A stretch of DNA of 44,110 nt from Gemmatimonadota bacterium (GCA_003221005.1 QHTZ01000082.1:46487-90596); one strand, 5' to 3'; shown: positions 15,840 to 25,604, counted from the first letter of the stretch. Notes: a model not told the origin generated them from the sequence alone. Program-made: numbers and translations.

Positions 15840-17297
15840 ATGAAGACCACATCGCTGGCCTGCGTCGCCCTCGCGGGACTCCTGCTCGGCTGCTTCGGCA
15901 ACCCGCCCGGTGTCGCCGGCGTCGCCGGCACGGCCCCTGCGCCCAACGTGTTCTGGACACCGCCACCCCAGCGCGAGGCCGCGTCGGCTCCCGCACCACT
16001 CCCGGCCCTCCCGCCCGACCTCGCTCAACGGGTGCAGCAGCTCAAGCTCGCGGACGTCATCGACATCGCGCTGCGCAACAACACCGCCACGAGCGTCTCG
16101 TGGGCGCAGGCGCGGGCCGCTGCGGCGACGTACGGCGCCGCCAAGGGCCAATATTACCCGACGATCTCGCTCGACGGCACCGCCACCGCGATCAAGACGG
16201 CGCCCACCGGCGGCCGGTCGGCCGTGCAGCAGCAGTTCTACGGCCCCACGCTCAACCTCTCGTGGCTGCTGTTCGACTTCGGCGGCCGCTCGGGCTCGAT
16301 CGGCGAGGCGCGCGAGGCGCTGCTCGCCGCCAACTGGACGCACAACGCGACGGTGCAGAACGTCGTCCTCGCGGTCGAGCAGGCGTACTTCCAGTACCTG
16401 GGCACGAAGGCGCTGCTCGCGGCGCAGCAGACGACGCTGAAAGAGGCGCAGACCAACCTCGACGCCGCGAACCAGCGGCATCAGGTGGGGCTCGCCACGA
16501 TCGCCGACGTGCTCCAGGCCAAGACCGCCCTCTCCCAGGCGCAGCTCGCGCTGGAATCGACCCAGGGTCAGCTGCAGACGGCGCGCGGGGCCCTGGCGCT
16601 CTCGATGGGCCTCCCCGCGAACATCCCCTATGACATTGGGCTGCCATCCGACACGACCCTTCCCCTCGGGATCACGGACAGCGTGGACGCCCTCATCGAG
16701 CGCGCGGTGCGGGAGCGCCCCGACCTGGCGGCTGCCCGCGCTCAGGTGCGCGCCGCGCAAGCCCGTGTGAGCGTGGCGCGCTCGCAGGCGCTGCCCGCAC
16801 TCACGGTAGGCGGGACCGACGGGGAGACGTACTTCTTCAACAACCCGACCTCCGGCAACAGCTACACGGCCACGCTTACCCTTCAAATCCCCTTGTTCTC
16901 GGGGTGGTCGCAGATTTACAACGTGAAGGCCGCAGCCGCCGCCGCGCAGGCCGCGGCGCAGCAGCAGCGGGGGCTGGAACAGCAGGTGATCTACCAGGTG
17001 TTCAATGCCTACTACGAACTCCGGACCGCGACCCAGCGGGTGCGCACCAGCAGCGACCTGCTGGCGAGCGCCACCCAGTCGGAGCAAGTGGCGCTGGGCC
17101 GTTACCGGGCCGGAGCGGGAAGCCTGCTCGATCTCCTGACGGCCGAGGGGGCACTGGCGGACGCGCGCGCACAGTCGATCCAGGCGCGCTTCTCATGGTA
17201 TGTCGCGCTCGGGCAACTGGCTCACGATGCCGGCATCCTCGGCCTCGACGGAGGCAGCCCGCTGCACGTCCAACCCGACACCACGGGAATGCGATAG
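15840..17297 (+). CDS. TolC-family outer-membrane efflux protein (lipoprotein)
   Basis: Lipobox LLLGC; two OEP repeats (LSWLLFDFGGR; LQIPLFSG); RYRAGAGSLLDLL. Confidence 0.92.
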   Translation: MKTTSLACVALAGLLLGCFGNPPGVAGVAGTAPAPNVFWTPPPQREAASAPAPLPALPPDLAQRVQQLKLADVIDIALRNNTATSVSWAQARAAAATYGAAKGQYYPTISLDGTATAIKTAPTGGRSAVQQQFYGPTLNLSWLLFDFGGRSGSIGEAREALLAANWTHNATVQNVVLAVEQAYFQYLGTKALLAAQQTTLKEAQTNLDAANQRHQVGLATIADVLQAKTALSQAQLALESTQGQLQTARGALALSMGLPANIPYDIGLPSDTTLPLGITDSVDALIERAVRERPDLAAARAQVRAAQARVSVARSQALPALTVGGTDGETYFFNNPTSGNSYTATLTLQIPLFSGWSQIYNVKAAAAAAQAAAQQQRGLEQQVIYQVFNAYYELRTATQRVRTSSDLLASATQSEQVALGRYRAGAGSLLDLLTAEGALADARAQSIQARFSWYVALGQLAHDAGILGLDGGSPLHVQPDTTGMR

Positions 17298-18419
17298 ATG
17301 ACGCGCACGACCGCCGCTCTCACGTCGGCTCTGCTCCTCGCGCTCGGCTGCGGCCGGCGGGGCACCGGCGGCCCTTCCCACGTCCCCGTAACGATCGCCC
17401 ATGCGGCGCAGCGCGCCGTGCCCTTCGAGCTGCTCGCGACGGGCACGGTCGAGCCGCGGCAGACCGTGGAGGTGCAAGCGCAGGTGACCGGCGTGCTCAC
17501 GCAGGTGACCTTCCATGAGGGGGACGAGGTCGCGGCGGGACAGGTGCTGTTCCAGATCGACCCACGGCCGTTCCAGGCGGCGCTCGAGCAGGCGAAAGGG
17601 ATGCTCGCCCGGGACCAAGCCCAAGCGGCGAACGCCCGGCTCGAGGCGGATCGCTACGCCGAGCTGGTAAAGCAGGACTACGTCACCAAACAGGACTACG
17701 ACGAGAAGCGCGCCAACGCCGACGCCCTCGGCGCGACGGTGCGGGCTGACTCGGGGGGGGTCGCCACGGCCCAGCTCAACCTCGAGTGGGCGGCGATCCG
17801 CGCACCCATCTCCGGGCGCACCGGACGCCTGCTCCTGCGCGAGGGCAACCTGGTGCGCGCGAATTCCGCTGAGCCGCTCGTCGTGATCAACCAGATCCAT
17901 CCGATCCTGGTGCGCTTCGCGCTGCCGCAGCAGAACCTCCCGGACATTCAGCGGTACCGCCGCAATCGCCTTCCCGTGCTCGTGAGCCCCTCCAAGGAGG
18001 ACACGACCTTCAGTGCCGGCACGCTCACGTTCGTCGACAACAGCGTAGACACGACGACGGGCACCGTGCTCCTGAAGGCGGAGTTCTCAAACCGGGACAA
18101 CGCGCTCTGGCCGGGCGAGTTCCTGAGCGTGCGGCTGCAGCTGTACGTTGAGGACAGCGCGCTCGTCGTGCCGACGCAAGCGGTGATGACGGGTCAGCAG
18201 GGGACCTACGTGTTCGTCGTGAACCAGGACGGCAAGGCGCAGTCGCAGCCCGTCACCGTCGAACGCACCACGGGGCAGTACGCGATCCTCACGCAGGGGG
18301 CGGGCGTGCACGTCGGGGACCAGGTCGTGACCGACGGCCAGCTCCGTCTTGTCTCCGGGGCGTTAGTCGATGTAAAGGGGGGGACCGGCGCCGGAGGGGA
18401 AGTGGAGGCCGACAAGTGA
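17298..18419 (+). CDS. RND efflux periplasmic adaptor (MdtA-like)
   Basis: Lipobox ALGC; GQVLFQIDPRP, IRAPISGRTG, VDTTTGTVLLKA and LWPGEF motifs. Confidence 0.94.
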   Translation: MTRTTAALTSALLLALGCGRRGTGGPSHVPVTIAHAAQRAVPFELLATGTVEPRQTVEVQAQVTGVLTQVTFHEGDEVAAGQVLFQIDPRPFQAALEQAKGMLARDQAQAANARLEADRYAELVKQDYVTKQDYDEKRANADALGATVRADSGGVATAQLNLEWAAIRAPISGRTGRLLLREGNLVRANSAEPLVVINQIHPILVRFALPQQNLPDIQRYRRNRLPVLVSPSKEDTTFSAGTLTFVDNSVDTTTGTVLLKAEFSNRDNALWPGEFLSVRLQLYVEDSALVVPTQAVMTGQQGTYVFVVNQDGKAQSQPVTVERTTGQYAILTQGAGVHVGDQVVTDGQLRLVSGALVDVKGGTGAGGEVEADK

Positions 18420-21400
18420 GCCTGTCCGAGCTGTTCATCAAACGGCCCGTGATGACGACGCTCGTCATGACGGGCATCCTCGTCTTCGGGCTGATGGCGT
18501 ACCGGCTGCTGTCGGTGAGCAACCTCCCGAACGTGGACTTCCCGACGATCACCGTGAGCGCGAGCCTCCCCGGGGCGAGCCCGGAGACGATGGCGTCGGC
18601 CGTGGCGACGCCGCTCGAAAAGCAGTTCTCCACGATCGCCGGCGTCGACCAGATGACGTCGGCGTCGAGCCTGGGCAGTACGACCATCACGCTGCAGTTC
18701 ACCCTGGACCGCAGCATCGACGCCGCGGCGCAAGACGTCCAGGCGGCGATCTCCAAGACCCTGCGTCAGCTGCCCACCGGCATCGTTCCCCCCTCGTACC
18801 AGAAGGTGAACCCCGCCGACCAGCCGATCATCTACTACGCCTTGAGCTCGAGCACACTGTCGCTGTCGGCGCTGGACGAGTACGCGGAGACGTTCATCGC
18901 GCAGCGTCTCTCCACCGTCGACGGCGTGGCGCAGGTCAACGTGTACGGCGCCGCCAAGTACGCGGTGCGCATCCAACTCGATCCCAAGGCCCTGGCCACA
19001 CGCGCCATCGGGATCGACGAAGTGGCGGACGGCGTCGCGGCCGGCAACGTGAACCTGCCGACCGGTATTCTGTGGGGGCCGCATCGCGCCTACACCGTGC
19101 AGGCGAACGGGCAGCTCCAGGATGCCGCGGCGTTCCGGCCCCTCGTGATCGCCTACCGCAACGGCGCGCCGGTGCGGCTCCAGGATCTGGGGCAGGTGCT
19201 GGACGACGTGCAGGACAACAAGAGCGCTGCCTGGTTTAACGGCAGCCGCGCGATCGTGCTCGCCATCCAGCGCCAGCCGGGGACCAATACCGTGGCGGTT
19301 GCGGCCCGCGTGCGCACCGTCATGGAGAGCCTCAAGCAGCTGCTCCCCGCCTCGGTGGACCTGCAGCTGCGCTCGGACCGGTCTGTGTCGATTCTCGCGT
19401 CCCTGCACGACGTGCAGTTCACGCTGTTCCTGACGCTGGCGCTCGTCGTGCTGGTCATCTTCCTCTTCCTCCGCAACCTGTCGGCTACGGTCATCCCGAG
19501 CCTCGCGCTGCCGTTCTCGCTCGTGGGCACGTTCGCGGTGATGTACGCGCTCGACTACAGCCTCGACAACCTCTCGATGATGGCGCTCACACTGTCTGTG
19601 GGGTTCGTGGTCGACGACGCCATCGTCATGCTCGAAAACATCGTCCGTCACATGGAGAAGGGGTCGGCCCCACGCGAGGCGGCGTTCGCCGGATCGCGCG
19701 AGGTGGGGTTCACGATCCTGTCGATGACCCTGTCCCTCGCCGCGGTGTTCATCCCCGTGCTGTTCATGGGCGGGATCGTCGGACGGTTGTTCCACGAGTT
19801 CGCGGTCACCATCGGCTCGGCCATTCTCGTGTCCGGTGTCGTCTCGCTGAGCCTGACGCCGATGCTGTGCAGCCGGTTCCTCCGGCCGCCGCGTGAGGCG
19901 CAGCACGGGAGGTTCTACGAGAAGTCCGAGCGGGTCTACGAGAAGGTGCTGCGCTGGTATGAGAACAGCCTCATCTGGGTGATGGAGCGGCGACGCGCCG
20001 CGCTCGCCTTCTCAGCCGTGGTGCTGCTCGGCACGATCGTGCTGTTCGTGGTTGTCCCCAAGGGGTTCCTGCCGAGCGAAGACAACTCCCAGATTTTCGG
20101 GACGACGGAGACGGTCCAGGGAACGTCGTTCGACGACCTGGTCCAACACCAGCTGCAGATCATGGCCGTGTTGCAGCAGGATCCCAACGTGGACGCCACG
20201 ATGTCGTTCCTGGGTGGCGGCCAGATCAACCAGGGGCGCGTCTTCATGCAGCTCAAGCCCCGCTCCCAGCGCGACATGAGCGTGGACGAGCTGATCCGCT
20301 ACTTCAATCGCAAGCTCGCCGGCATCCCCGGCATCCAGGTGTTCCTCCAGAACCCGCCGCCAATCCAGATCGGCGGCCGCCGCACCAAGAGCCTGTACCA
20401 GTACACGCTGCAGAGTCCGGACCGGATCGGGTTATACGACAACGCGACTCGACTGAGGGCCGAGCTCGCCAAGCTGCCGGACCTGGTGAACGTCACGAGC
20501 GACCTGCAGATCTCGAACCCGCAGGCGACGGTGACGATCAACCGGGACCGGGCCGCCGCCCTCGGGGTCACGGCGCAGCAGGTCGAGGAAGCGCTGTACG
20601 ACGCGTACGGCTCGGGCCAGGTCTCCACGATTTACACCGCGACCAATCAATACTGGGTCGTGATGGAGCTGCTCCCCCAGTACCAGCAGGATCTGTCGGC
20701 GCTGAGCCTGCTCTACATCCGCTCGCGGACCGGCACGCTGGTGCCGCTCGCCTCGCTCGCCACCCTGACGTCGAGCGTCGGCCCGCTCACCGTGAACCAC
20801 TCGGGGCAGCTGCCCTCGGTCACGATCTCGTTCGACCTGCGGCCGGGAGTGGCGATCGGGACGGCCGTCGCGCAGGTGCAGCGGATCGCGCGGCAGGTGC
20901 TGCCGTCCAGCATCACCACGAGCTTTTCGGGCACCGCCCAGGCGTTCCAGTCGAGCCAGGCGGGCCTGTTGCTGCTGTTGATCCTCGCCGTGTTCGTGAT
21001 CTACATGGTGCTGGGGATTCTGTACGAGAGCTTCATCCACCCCCTCACGATCCTTTCGGCGCTGCCGTTCGCGGGGTTCGGCGCGCTGTTGACGCTCTTG
21101 ATCTTCCGTGTGGATCTGAGCGTCTACGCGTTCGTGGGCGTGATCATGCTCGTAGGGCTCGTGAAGAAGAACGGTATCATGATGATCGACTTCGCGCTGG
21201 AGGCGCAGCGCTCGGAGGGCAAATCGGCTCGCGACGCGATTTTGCAGGCGTGCAGCATCCGGTTCCGGCCGATCATGATGACCACGATGGCCGCGCTCAT
21301 GGGGACCCTGCCGATCGCCCTCGGCGTGGGCGTCGGCTCCGAGTCACGCCGCCCGCTCGGCATCGCGGTGGTGGGCGGGCTCGCGTTCTCCCAGCTCATC

Positions 21401-21526
21401 ACCCTCTACGTGACACCGGTGATCTACACCTACCTGGACGAGCTGCAGCGGCGGCTCGAGGGTGTGTCGCTGCGCAATCTGTTCCGGCGCCGCCACCCCG
21501 CCCCGCACGCCGCGCCCGCCGACTGA
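18416..21526 (+). CDS. RND efflux permease (MdtB/MdtC-like, HAE1)
   Basis: 1036 aa; FIKRPVMT, GFVVDDAIVMLEN, VKKNGIMMIDFA and RFRPIMMTT motifs. Confidence 0.96.
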   Translation: MSLSELFIKRPVMTTLVMTGILVFGLMAYRLLSVSNLPNVDFPTITVSASLPGASPETMASAVATPLEKQFSTIAGVDQMTSASSLGSTTITLQFTLDRSIDAAAQDVQAAISKTLRQLPTGIVPPSYQKVNPADQPIIYYALSSSTLSLSALDEYAETFIAQRLSTVDGVAQVNVYGAAKYAVRIQLDPKALATRAIGIDEVADGVAAGNVNLPTGILWGPHRAYTVQANGQLQDAAAFRPLVIAYRNGAPVRLQDLGQVLDDVQDNKSAAWFNGSRAIVLAIQRQPGTNTVAVAARVRTVMESLKQLLPASVDLQLRSDRSVSILASLHDVQFTLFLTLALVVLVIFLFLRNLSATVIPSLALPFSLVGTFAVMYALDYSLDNLSMMALTLSVGFVVDDAIVMLENIVRHMEKGSAPREAAFAGSREVGFTILSMTLSLAAVFIPVLFMGGIVGRLFHEFAVTIGSAILVSGVVSLSLTPMLCSRFLRPPREAQHGRFYEKSERVYEKVLRWYENSLIWVMERRRAALAFSAVVLLGTIVLFVVVPKGFLPSEDNSQIFGTTETVQGTSFDDLVQHQLQIMAVLQQDPNVDATMSFLGGGQINQGRVFMQLKPRSQRDMSVDELIRYFNRKLAGIPGIQVFLQNPPPIQIGGRRTKSLYQYTLQSPDRIGLYDNATRLRAELAKLPDLVNVTSDLQISNPQATVTINRDRAAALGVTAQQVEEALYDAYGSGQVSTIYTATNQYWVVMELLPQYQQDLSALSLLYIRSRTGTLVPLASLATLTSSVGPLTVNHSGQLPSVTISFDLRPGVAIGTAVAQVQRIARQVLPSSITTSFSGTAQAFQSSQAGLLLLLILAVFVIYMVLGILYESFIHPLTILSALPFAGFGALLTLLIFRVDLSVYAFVGVIMLVGLVKKNGIMMIDFALEAQRSEGKSARDAILQACSIRFRPIMMTTMAALMGTLPIALGVGVGSESRRPLGIAVVGGLAFSQLITLYVTPVIYTYLDELQRRLEGVSLRNLFRRRHPAPHAAPAD

Positions 21527-21544
21527 GTTAGGCCCGGCGGTACC

Positions 21545-22255
21545 GTGCGAACAGAAACCATCGACCTCGCGGTCGCGGACGGCACACGCATGCGGGCCCA
21601 CGTCGCGCGACCGCAGGGCGGCGGCCCGCATCCCGGCCTCCTCGTTTTTCAGGAAGCCTACGGGGTGAACGCGCACATCAAGGACGTAGCCGGGCGCTTC
21701 GCCCGCGCGGGATACGTGGCGATCGCGCCCGAGCTGTTCCACCGCACGGCGCCGGCTGGTTTTGAGGGCGACTACGCGGCGTTCTCCAGCGTCGAACAGC
21801 ACATGCAGGCGCTCACGGTTGCCGGGCTCGAAGCCGACATCCGCGCGGCCCACGGGTGGCTCGCAGCCGCCCGCCAGATCGACCCACGCCGGCTCGCGTG
21901 CGTGGGCTACTGCATGGGTGGGCGGGTGTCGTTCATCGCCGCCACGACGACGGTCGCGCTCCGGGCCGCCGTCGCGTTCTACGGGGGCGGGATCGCGCCG
22001 GCGCTGCTCGACCGCGCGCCGCGGGCGCAGGCGCCGGTGCTGTTCTTCTGGGGCGGGCGCGACAAGCATATCCCGCCCCCGCAGCGCCGCGCGGTGGTGG
22101 ACGCCCTCGCAACGGCGGGAAAGCCGTTCGTGAACGTGGTTTTCTCGGAGGCAGACCATGCGTTCTTCTGCGACGCCCGGCCGAACTTCCATGCCAGCGC
22201 GGCGTCTCAGGCGTGGGCGCTGACGCTCGCCTTCCTCGGGGACGCGCTGCGCTGA
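21545..22255 (+). CDS. Dienelactone hydrolase family protein
   Basis: QEAYGVN, GYCMGG (Cys nucleophile), DKHI and DHAFFCDAR motifs. Confidence 0.93.
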   Translation: MRTETIDLAVADGTRMRAHVARPQGGGPHPGLLVFQEAYGVNAHIKDVAGRFARAGYVAIAPELFHRTAPAGFEGDYAAFSSVEQHMQALTVAGLEADIRAAHGWLAAARQIDPRRLACVGYCMGGRVSFIAATTTVALRAAVAFYGGGIAPALLDRAPRAQAPVLFFWGGRDKHIPPPQRRAVVDALATAGKPFVNVVFSEADHAFFCDARPNFHASAASQAWALTLAFLGDALR

Positions 22256-22257
22256 CC

Positions 22258-22671
22258 ACGGCCGGGTACTCGGGCAAGGCGCTCGCCCTGAAGCTCGGTA
22301 TCAAGCCTGGGATGACGGTCACTGCTCTCGCGGCGCCGGCGCATTATCGCGCGCTGCTGCGGCCGTTGCCCGCGGGAGCCCGCATCGCCACCCGGCTCAC
22401 CGGCCGCCGCGCCGCGCTCGCCTTCATCCACCATTTCGCGACGGGGCGCCGCGCCCTCGCCGCGCGCTTTGCCATGCTAGCGCGCGCCCTCGCCCCCGCC
22501 GGGGCCCTGTGGGTCTCGTGGCCGAAGGGAAGCTCCGGGGTGGCGACCGATCTGACGGAGAACGTGGTACGGGAGATCGGCCTCGCGCACGGGCTCGTGG
22601 ACGTGAAAGTGTGCGCCGTGGATGCAACGTGGTCGGGGCTCAAGTTCGTGCGCAGGGCGAAAGACCGGTAG
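22258..22671 (+). CDS. DUF3052 family protein (start uncertain: ACG 22258 or CTG 22252)
   Basis: AGYSGKAL.LKLGIK, LWVSWPK, TDLTEN and GLVDVKVCAVDATWSGLKFVRR motifs. Confidence 0.85.
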   Translation, partial: TAGYSGKALALKLGIKPGMTVTALAAPAHYRALLRPLPAGARIATRLTGRRAALAFIHHFATGRRALAARFAMLARALAPAGALWVSWPKGSSGVATDLTENVVREIGLAHGLVDVKVCAVDATWSGLKFVRRAKDR

Positions 22672-22683
22672 ATTCCGACCACG

Positions 22684-23844
22684 ATGCCCGAGCTGGTCAC
22701 CGCGGCTCCTCTGACCAAGCTGACGGAAGAAGAAGAGCTCTTCCGTCACACGGTGCGCGACTTTGCCGAGCGGGAGGTGCGACCGCGCGTGGCGGCGATG
22801 GAGCGGGCCGCGGCGCTCGATCCCGCGCTGCTCGCGAAATTCTTCGAGCTCGGCCTCATGGGGATCGAGATCGGCGAGCAGTACGGCGGCGCCGGCGGGA
22901 ACCTCCTGATGAGCGTCCTCGCCGTCGAGGAGCTGTCCGCGGTCGACGCGTCCACCGCGATCTTCGTTGACGTCCAGAACACCCTCGTCAACGCGCTGTT
23001 ACTCAAGTGGGCGAGCGACGACCTGAAGCGGCGCTACCTCCCCCGCCTCGCCACCGACTGCGTCGGCGCCTACGCGCTCTCCGAGCCCGCCTCCGGATCC
23101 GACGCGTTCGGTCTGCAAACCAAGGCCACCCGCCAGGGAGACCGCTGGATCCTCGACGGCCGCAAGCTGTGGATCACGAATGGCGCGGAGGCCGGGCTGC
23201 ACGTCATCTTCGCCAACGTCGACTTCTCCCTCGGCTACAAGGGCATTACGGCGTTCGCGGTGGAGCGCGGCTTCAAGGGCTTTGCGGTCGGGAAACGGGA
23301 AGACAAGCTCGGCATCCGCGCGTCGAGCACCACGGAGCTGATCCTCGATCAATGCGCGGTGCCGGGCGGGAACGTCATCGGCGAGGTGGGCAAGGGGTAC
23401 AAGGTCGCGATCGAGACGCTCAACACGGGGCGTATCGGGATCGGAGCGCAGATGATCGGCGTGGCGCGGGGGGCGCTCACCGCGACGCTCACGTACGTGC
23501 GCGAGCGGCAGCAGTTCGGTCACCCGATCGCCGAGTTCCAGGGGGTGCAATTCCAGCTGGCGCAGGCGGCGACGGAGCTCGAGGCCGCACGGCTCATGGT
23601 ATACAACGCGGCACGGCTCGAGGACGCGGGCGAGCCGTACACGATGCAGGCGGCGATGGCGAAGCTGTTCGCTTCACAGGTGGCGGAGCGGGTCACGTCA
23701 CTCGCCGTAGAGCTGTTCGGGGGGTACGGGTACACCAAGGAGTACCCCGTGGAGAAGTTCTACCGCGACGCGAAGATCGGCACGATCTACGAAGGCACGA
23801 GCAACATGCAGCTGCATACGATCGCGAAATTACTGCTCAAGTAG
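22684..23844 (+). CDS. Acyl-CoA dehydrogenase (short/branched-chain type)
   Basis: YALSEPASGSDA, KLWITNG, KLGIRASST, RQQFG, GGYGY and IYEGTSNMQ motifs. Confidence 0.96.
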   Translation: MPELVTAAPLTKLTEEEELFRHTVRDFAEREVRPRVAAMERAAALDPALLAKFFELGLMGIEIGEQYGGAGGNLLMSVLAVEELSAVDASTAIFVDVQNTLVNALLLKWASDDLKRRYLPRLATDCVGAYALSEPASGSDAFGLQTKATRQGDRWILDGRKLWITNGAEAGLHVIFANVDFSLGYKGITAFAVERGFKGFAVGKREDKLGIRASSTTELILDQCAVPGGNVIGEVGKGYKVAIETLNTGRIGIGAQMIGVARGALTATLTYVRERQQFGHPIAEFQGVQFQLAQAATELEAARLMVYNAARLEDAGEPYTMQAAMAKLFASQVAERVTSLAVELFGGYGYTKEYPVEKFYRDAKIGTIYEGTSNMQLHTIAKLLLK

Positions 23845-23874
23845 GGCGGCAATGGCGGCAAGGGGCGGTATGGG
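23845..23874. repeat. Short GGCGGY tandem repeat (3 units)
   Basis: ggcggcaat-ggcggcaagg-ggcggtatg immediately after the stop codon; the unit resembles the 25495-25584 array. Confidence 0.55.
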
Positions 23875-23901
23875 TCACTCGATTACCGAAGGGAGGAGCC
23901 G

Positions 23902-24237
23902 ATGCGCCGCACGTATTATGCACTCGCCATGGCCCTGCTGGTCGTCTGTTCCATGCCAGTCGGGGCGCAGGGGAAAGGACCCAAGAAATACGCGGTCACG
24001 AACGATCGCGCCCTGGTAGTCACCCGCGAAGTGCTGGTGAAACGGGGGTACGAGGTCGTACGGGTCGAGAACGGCGGACGGGACGTCATCGTCTGGTATC
24101 GCGCCGGGAACCGGGGGCGCGGCAAGGGGAAGGGGCCGCCCGTGAGGATGGTCATCCACCGCACCGAGGATCGCGTGGTGTTCCTGCAAGCGCCCAGCGC
24201 GGTTTTGGTGGATATCGACGTGAAATTGAAGATGTAA
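23902..24237 (+). CDS. Small secreted hypothetical protein
   Basis: Strong GGAGGAG SD; signal peptide ending VGA-Q; basic, beta-rich, two GKGP motifs; 111 aa. Confidence 0.75.
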   Translation: MRRTYYALAMALLVVCSMPVGAQGKGPKKYAVTNDRALVVTREVLVKRGYEVVRVENGGRDVIVWYRAGNRGRGKGKGPPVRMVIHRTEDRVVFLQAPSAVLVDIDVKLKM

Positions 24238-24248
24238 AACAAGAAAAC

Positions 24249-24332
24249 CGTCCAGGAAAGGACGCGAGAAGAGACGTCGAGGGAAGACGTAGTACTCTTC
24301 TCGACGCCGTTTCTCGACGCCTTACCTGGACG
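24249..24332. repeat. Long imperfect intergenic hairpin (possible terminator or REP-like element)
   Basis: cgtccagg (24249-56) pairs with cctggacg (24325-32); inner cgagaa...cgtcgag..gaaga pairs with tcttc-tcgacg...ttctcg. Confidence 0.7.
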
Positions 24333-24358
24333 CCTCCCCTTGACGCATTTTGTGGTTC

Positions 24359-25522
24359 ATGCACACCGCTCACCGCACCCACGGCTTCACCGAATCCGTC
24401 ATCCGCGGCATGACCCGGCTCGCGAACGAGCACGGCGCGATCAACCTGGCGCAAGGGTTCCCCAACTTCCCCGCCCCCGACGTCCTGAAGGAGGCCGCGG
24501 CGCGCGCCATCCGCGACGACGTGAACCAGTACGCCATCACGTGGGGCACCAAGCGGCTGCGTGACGCCCTCGCCCGCAAGTACACCGAGTGGTACGGGAT
24601 GACGGTCGACCCCGAAAGCGAGATCGTCGTGACGTGCGGCGCGACCGAGGCGATGGCGTCCGCCCTGCTCGCGCTGGTGGACCCGGGTGACGAGGTCATC
24701 GTGTTCGAGCCGTTTTACGAGAATTATGGGCCTGACGCGATCTTGTGCGAGGCGCGACCGGTGTACGTGCCGATCGCCGCCGGGCGGGAGCTGGACCTCG
24801 ACCGCCTCGCGGCCGCGTTCTCCGCGCGCACGCGCGCCGTCATCGTCTGCTCGCCCAACAACCCGACCGGCCGCGTGCTCGCGCGCCACGAGCTCGAGGG
24901 GATCGCCGAGCTGTGCCGGCGCCATGACGCGTACGCCGTGACCGACGAGATCTACGAGCACATCTATTACGAAGGGAAGCACATCCCCATCGCCACACTC
25001 GACGGGATGCGCGAGCGGACCGTCACCATCAGCGGCGCCTCCAAGACGTTCAGCGTGACCGGGTGGCGCATCGGCACCATCGTGGCGCCGCAGCGGGCCA
25101 CGGACGCGATCCGCAAGGTGCATGATTTCCTCACGGTCGGCGCGCCTGCGCCGCTGCAGGAGGCCGTCGCCGTGGGCCTTGAGACCCTGGGCCCGGACTA
25201 CTACGCCACCCTGGCGCGCGAGTACCGTGCACGGCGCGACGTGATGCACGCGGCGCTCGTGCGGGCGGGGTTCCGGTGCGAGCCGCCGCAGGGCGCCTAC
25301 TACATCCTCGCCGACTTCGCGGCCCTCTCCGACCTGCCGGACGACGAGTTCGCGCGCTGGCTGACCTGCGAGGCGGGCGTGGCGCCCGTGCCGGGCTCGA
25401 GCTTCTACAGTAGACCGGAGCTGGGCCGAACGCTGGTGCGGTTCGCCTTCTGCAAGACGGAGGAGCAGCTGCGGGAGGCGGGGGAGAGACTGAAGGCCGT
25501 AGGAGGCGGTCAGGGGCGGTAG
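24359..25522 (+). CDS. PLP-dependent aminotransferase class I/II (methionine/kynurenine aminotransferase-like)
   Basis: INLAQGFP, CGATEA, PNNPTG, TDEIYE, SKTFSVTGWRIG (PLP Lys) and RFAFCK motifs. Confidence 0.95.
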   Translation: MHTAHRTHGFTESVIRGMTRLANEHGAINLAQGFPNFPAPDVLKEAAARAIRDDVNQYAITWGTKRLRDALARKYTEWYGMTVDPESEIVVTCGATEAMASALLALVDPGDEVIVFEPFYENYGPDAILCEARPVYVPIAAGRELDLDRLAAAFSARTRAVIVCSPNNPTGRVLARHELEGIAELCRRHDAYAVTDEIYEHIYYEGKHIPIATLDGMRERTVTISGASKTFSVTGWRIGTIVAPQRATDAIRKVHDFLTVGAPAPLQEAVAVGLETLGPDYYATLAREYRARRDVMHAALVRAGFRCEPPQGAYYILADFAALSDLPDDEFARWLTCEAGVAPVPGSSFYSRPELGRTLVRFAFCKTEEQLREAGERLKAVGGGQGR

Positions 25523-25584
25523 AGGCGCTAGGTGGCGGTCCGCACCCTACCGCCCCTGTCCGCCCCTACCGCCCCTAACCGCCC
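25495..25584. repeat. Tandem-inverted array of 9-10 nt units (GGCGGTAG.. x5 / CCTACCGCC x4)
   Basis: ggccgtagga ggcggtcagg ggcggtaga ggcgctaggt ggcggt, then cctaccgcc cctgtccgcc cctaccgcc cctaaccgcc; overlaps the aminotransferase stop. Confidence 0.88.
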
Positions 25585-25604
25585 AGCTTCACATTCCCCG
25601 CCCT

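Noticed and set aside
25495-25584. Repeat arrays as CRISPR
   Set aside because: Units are 7-10 nt with no unique spacers, and there are no cas genes.
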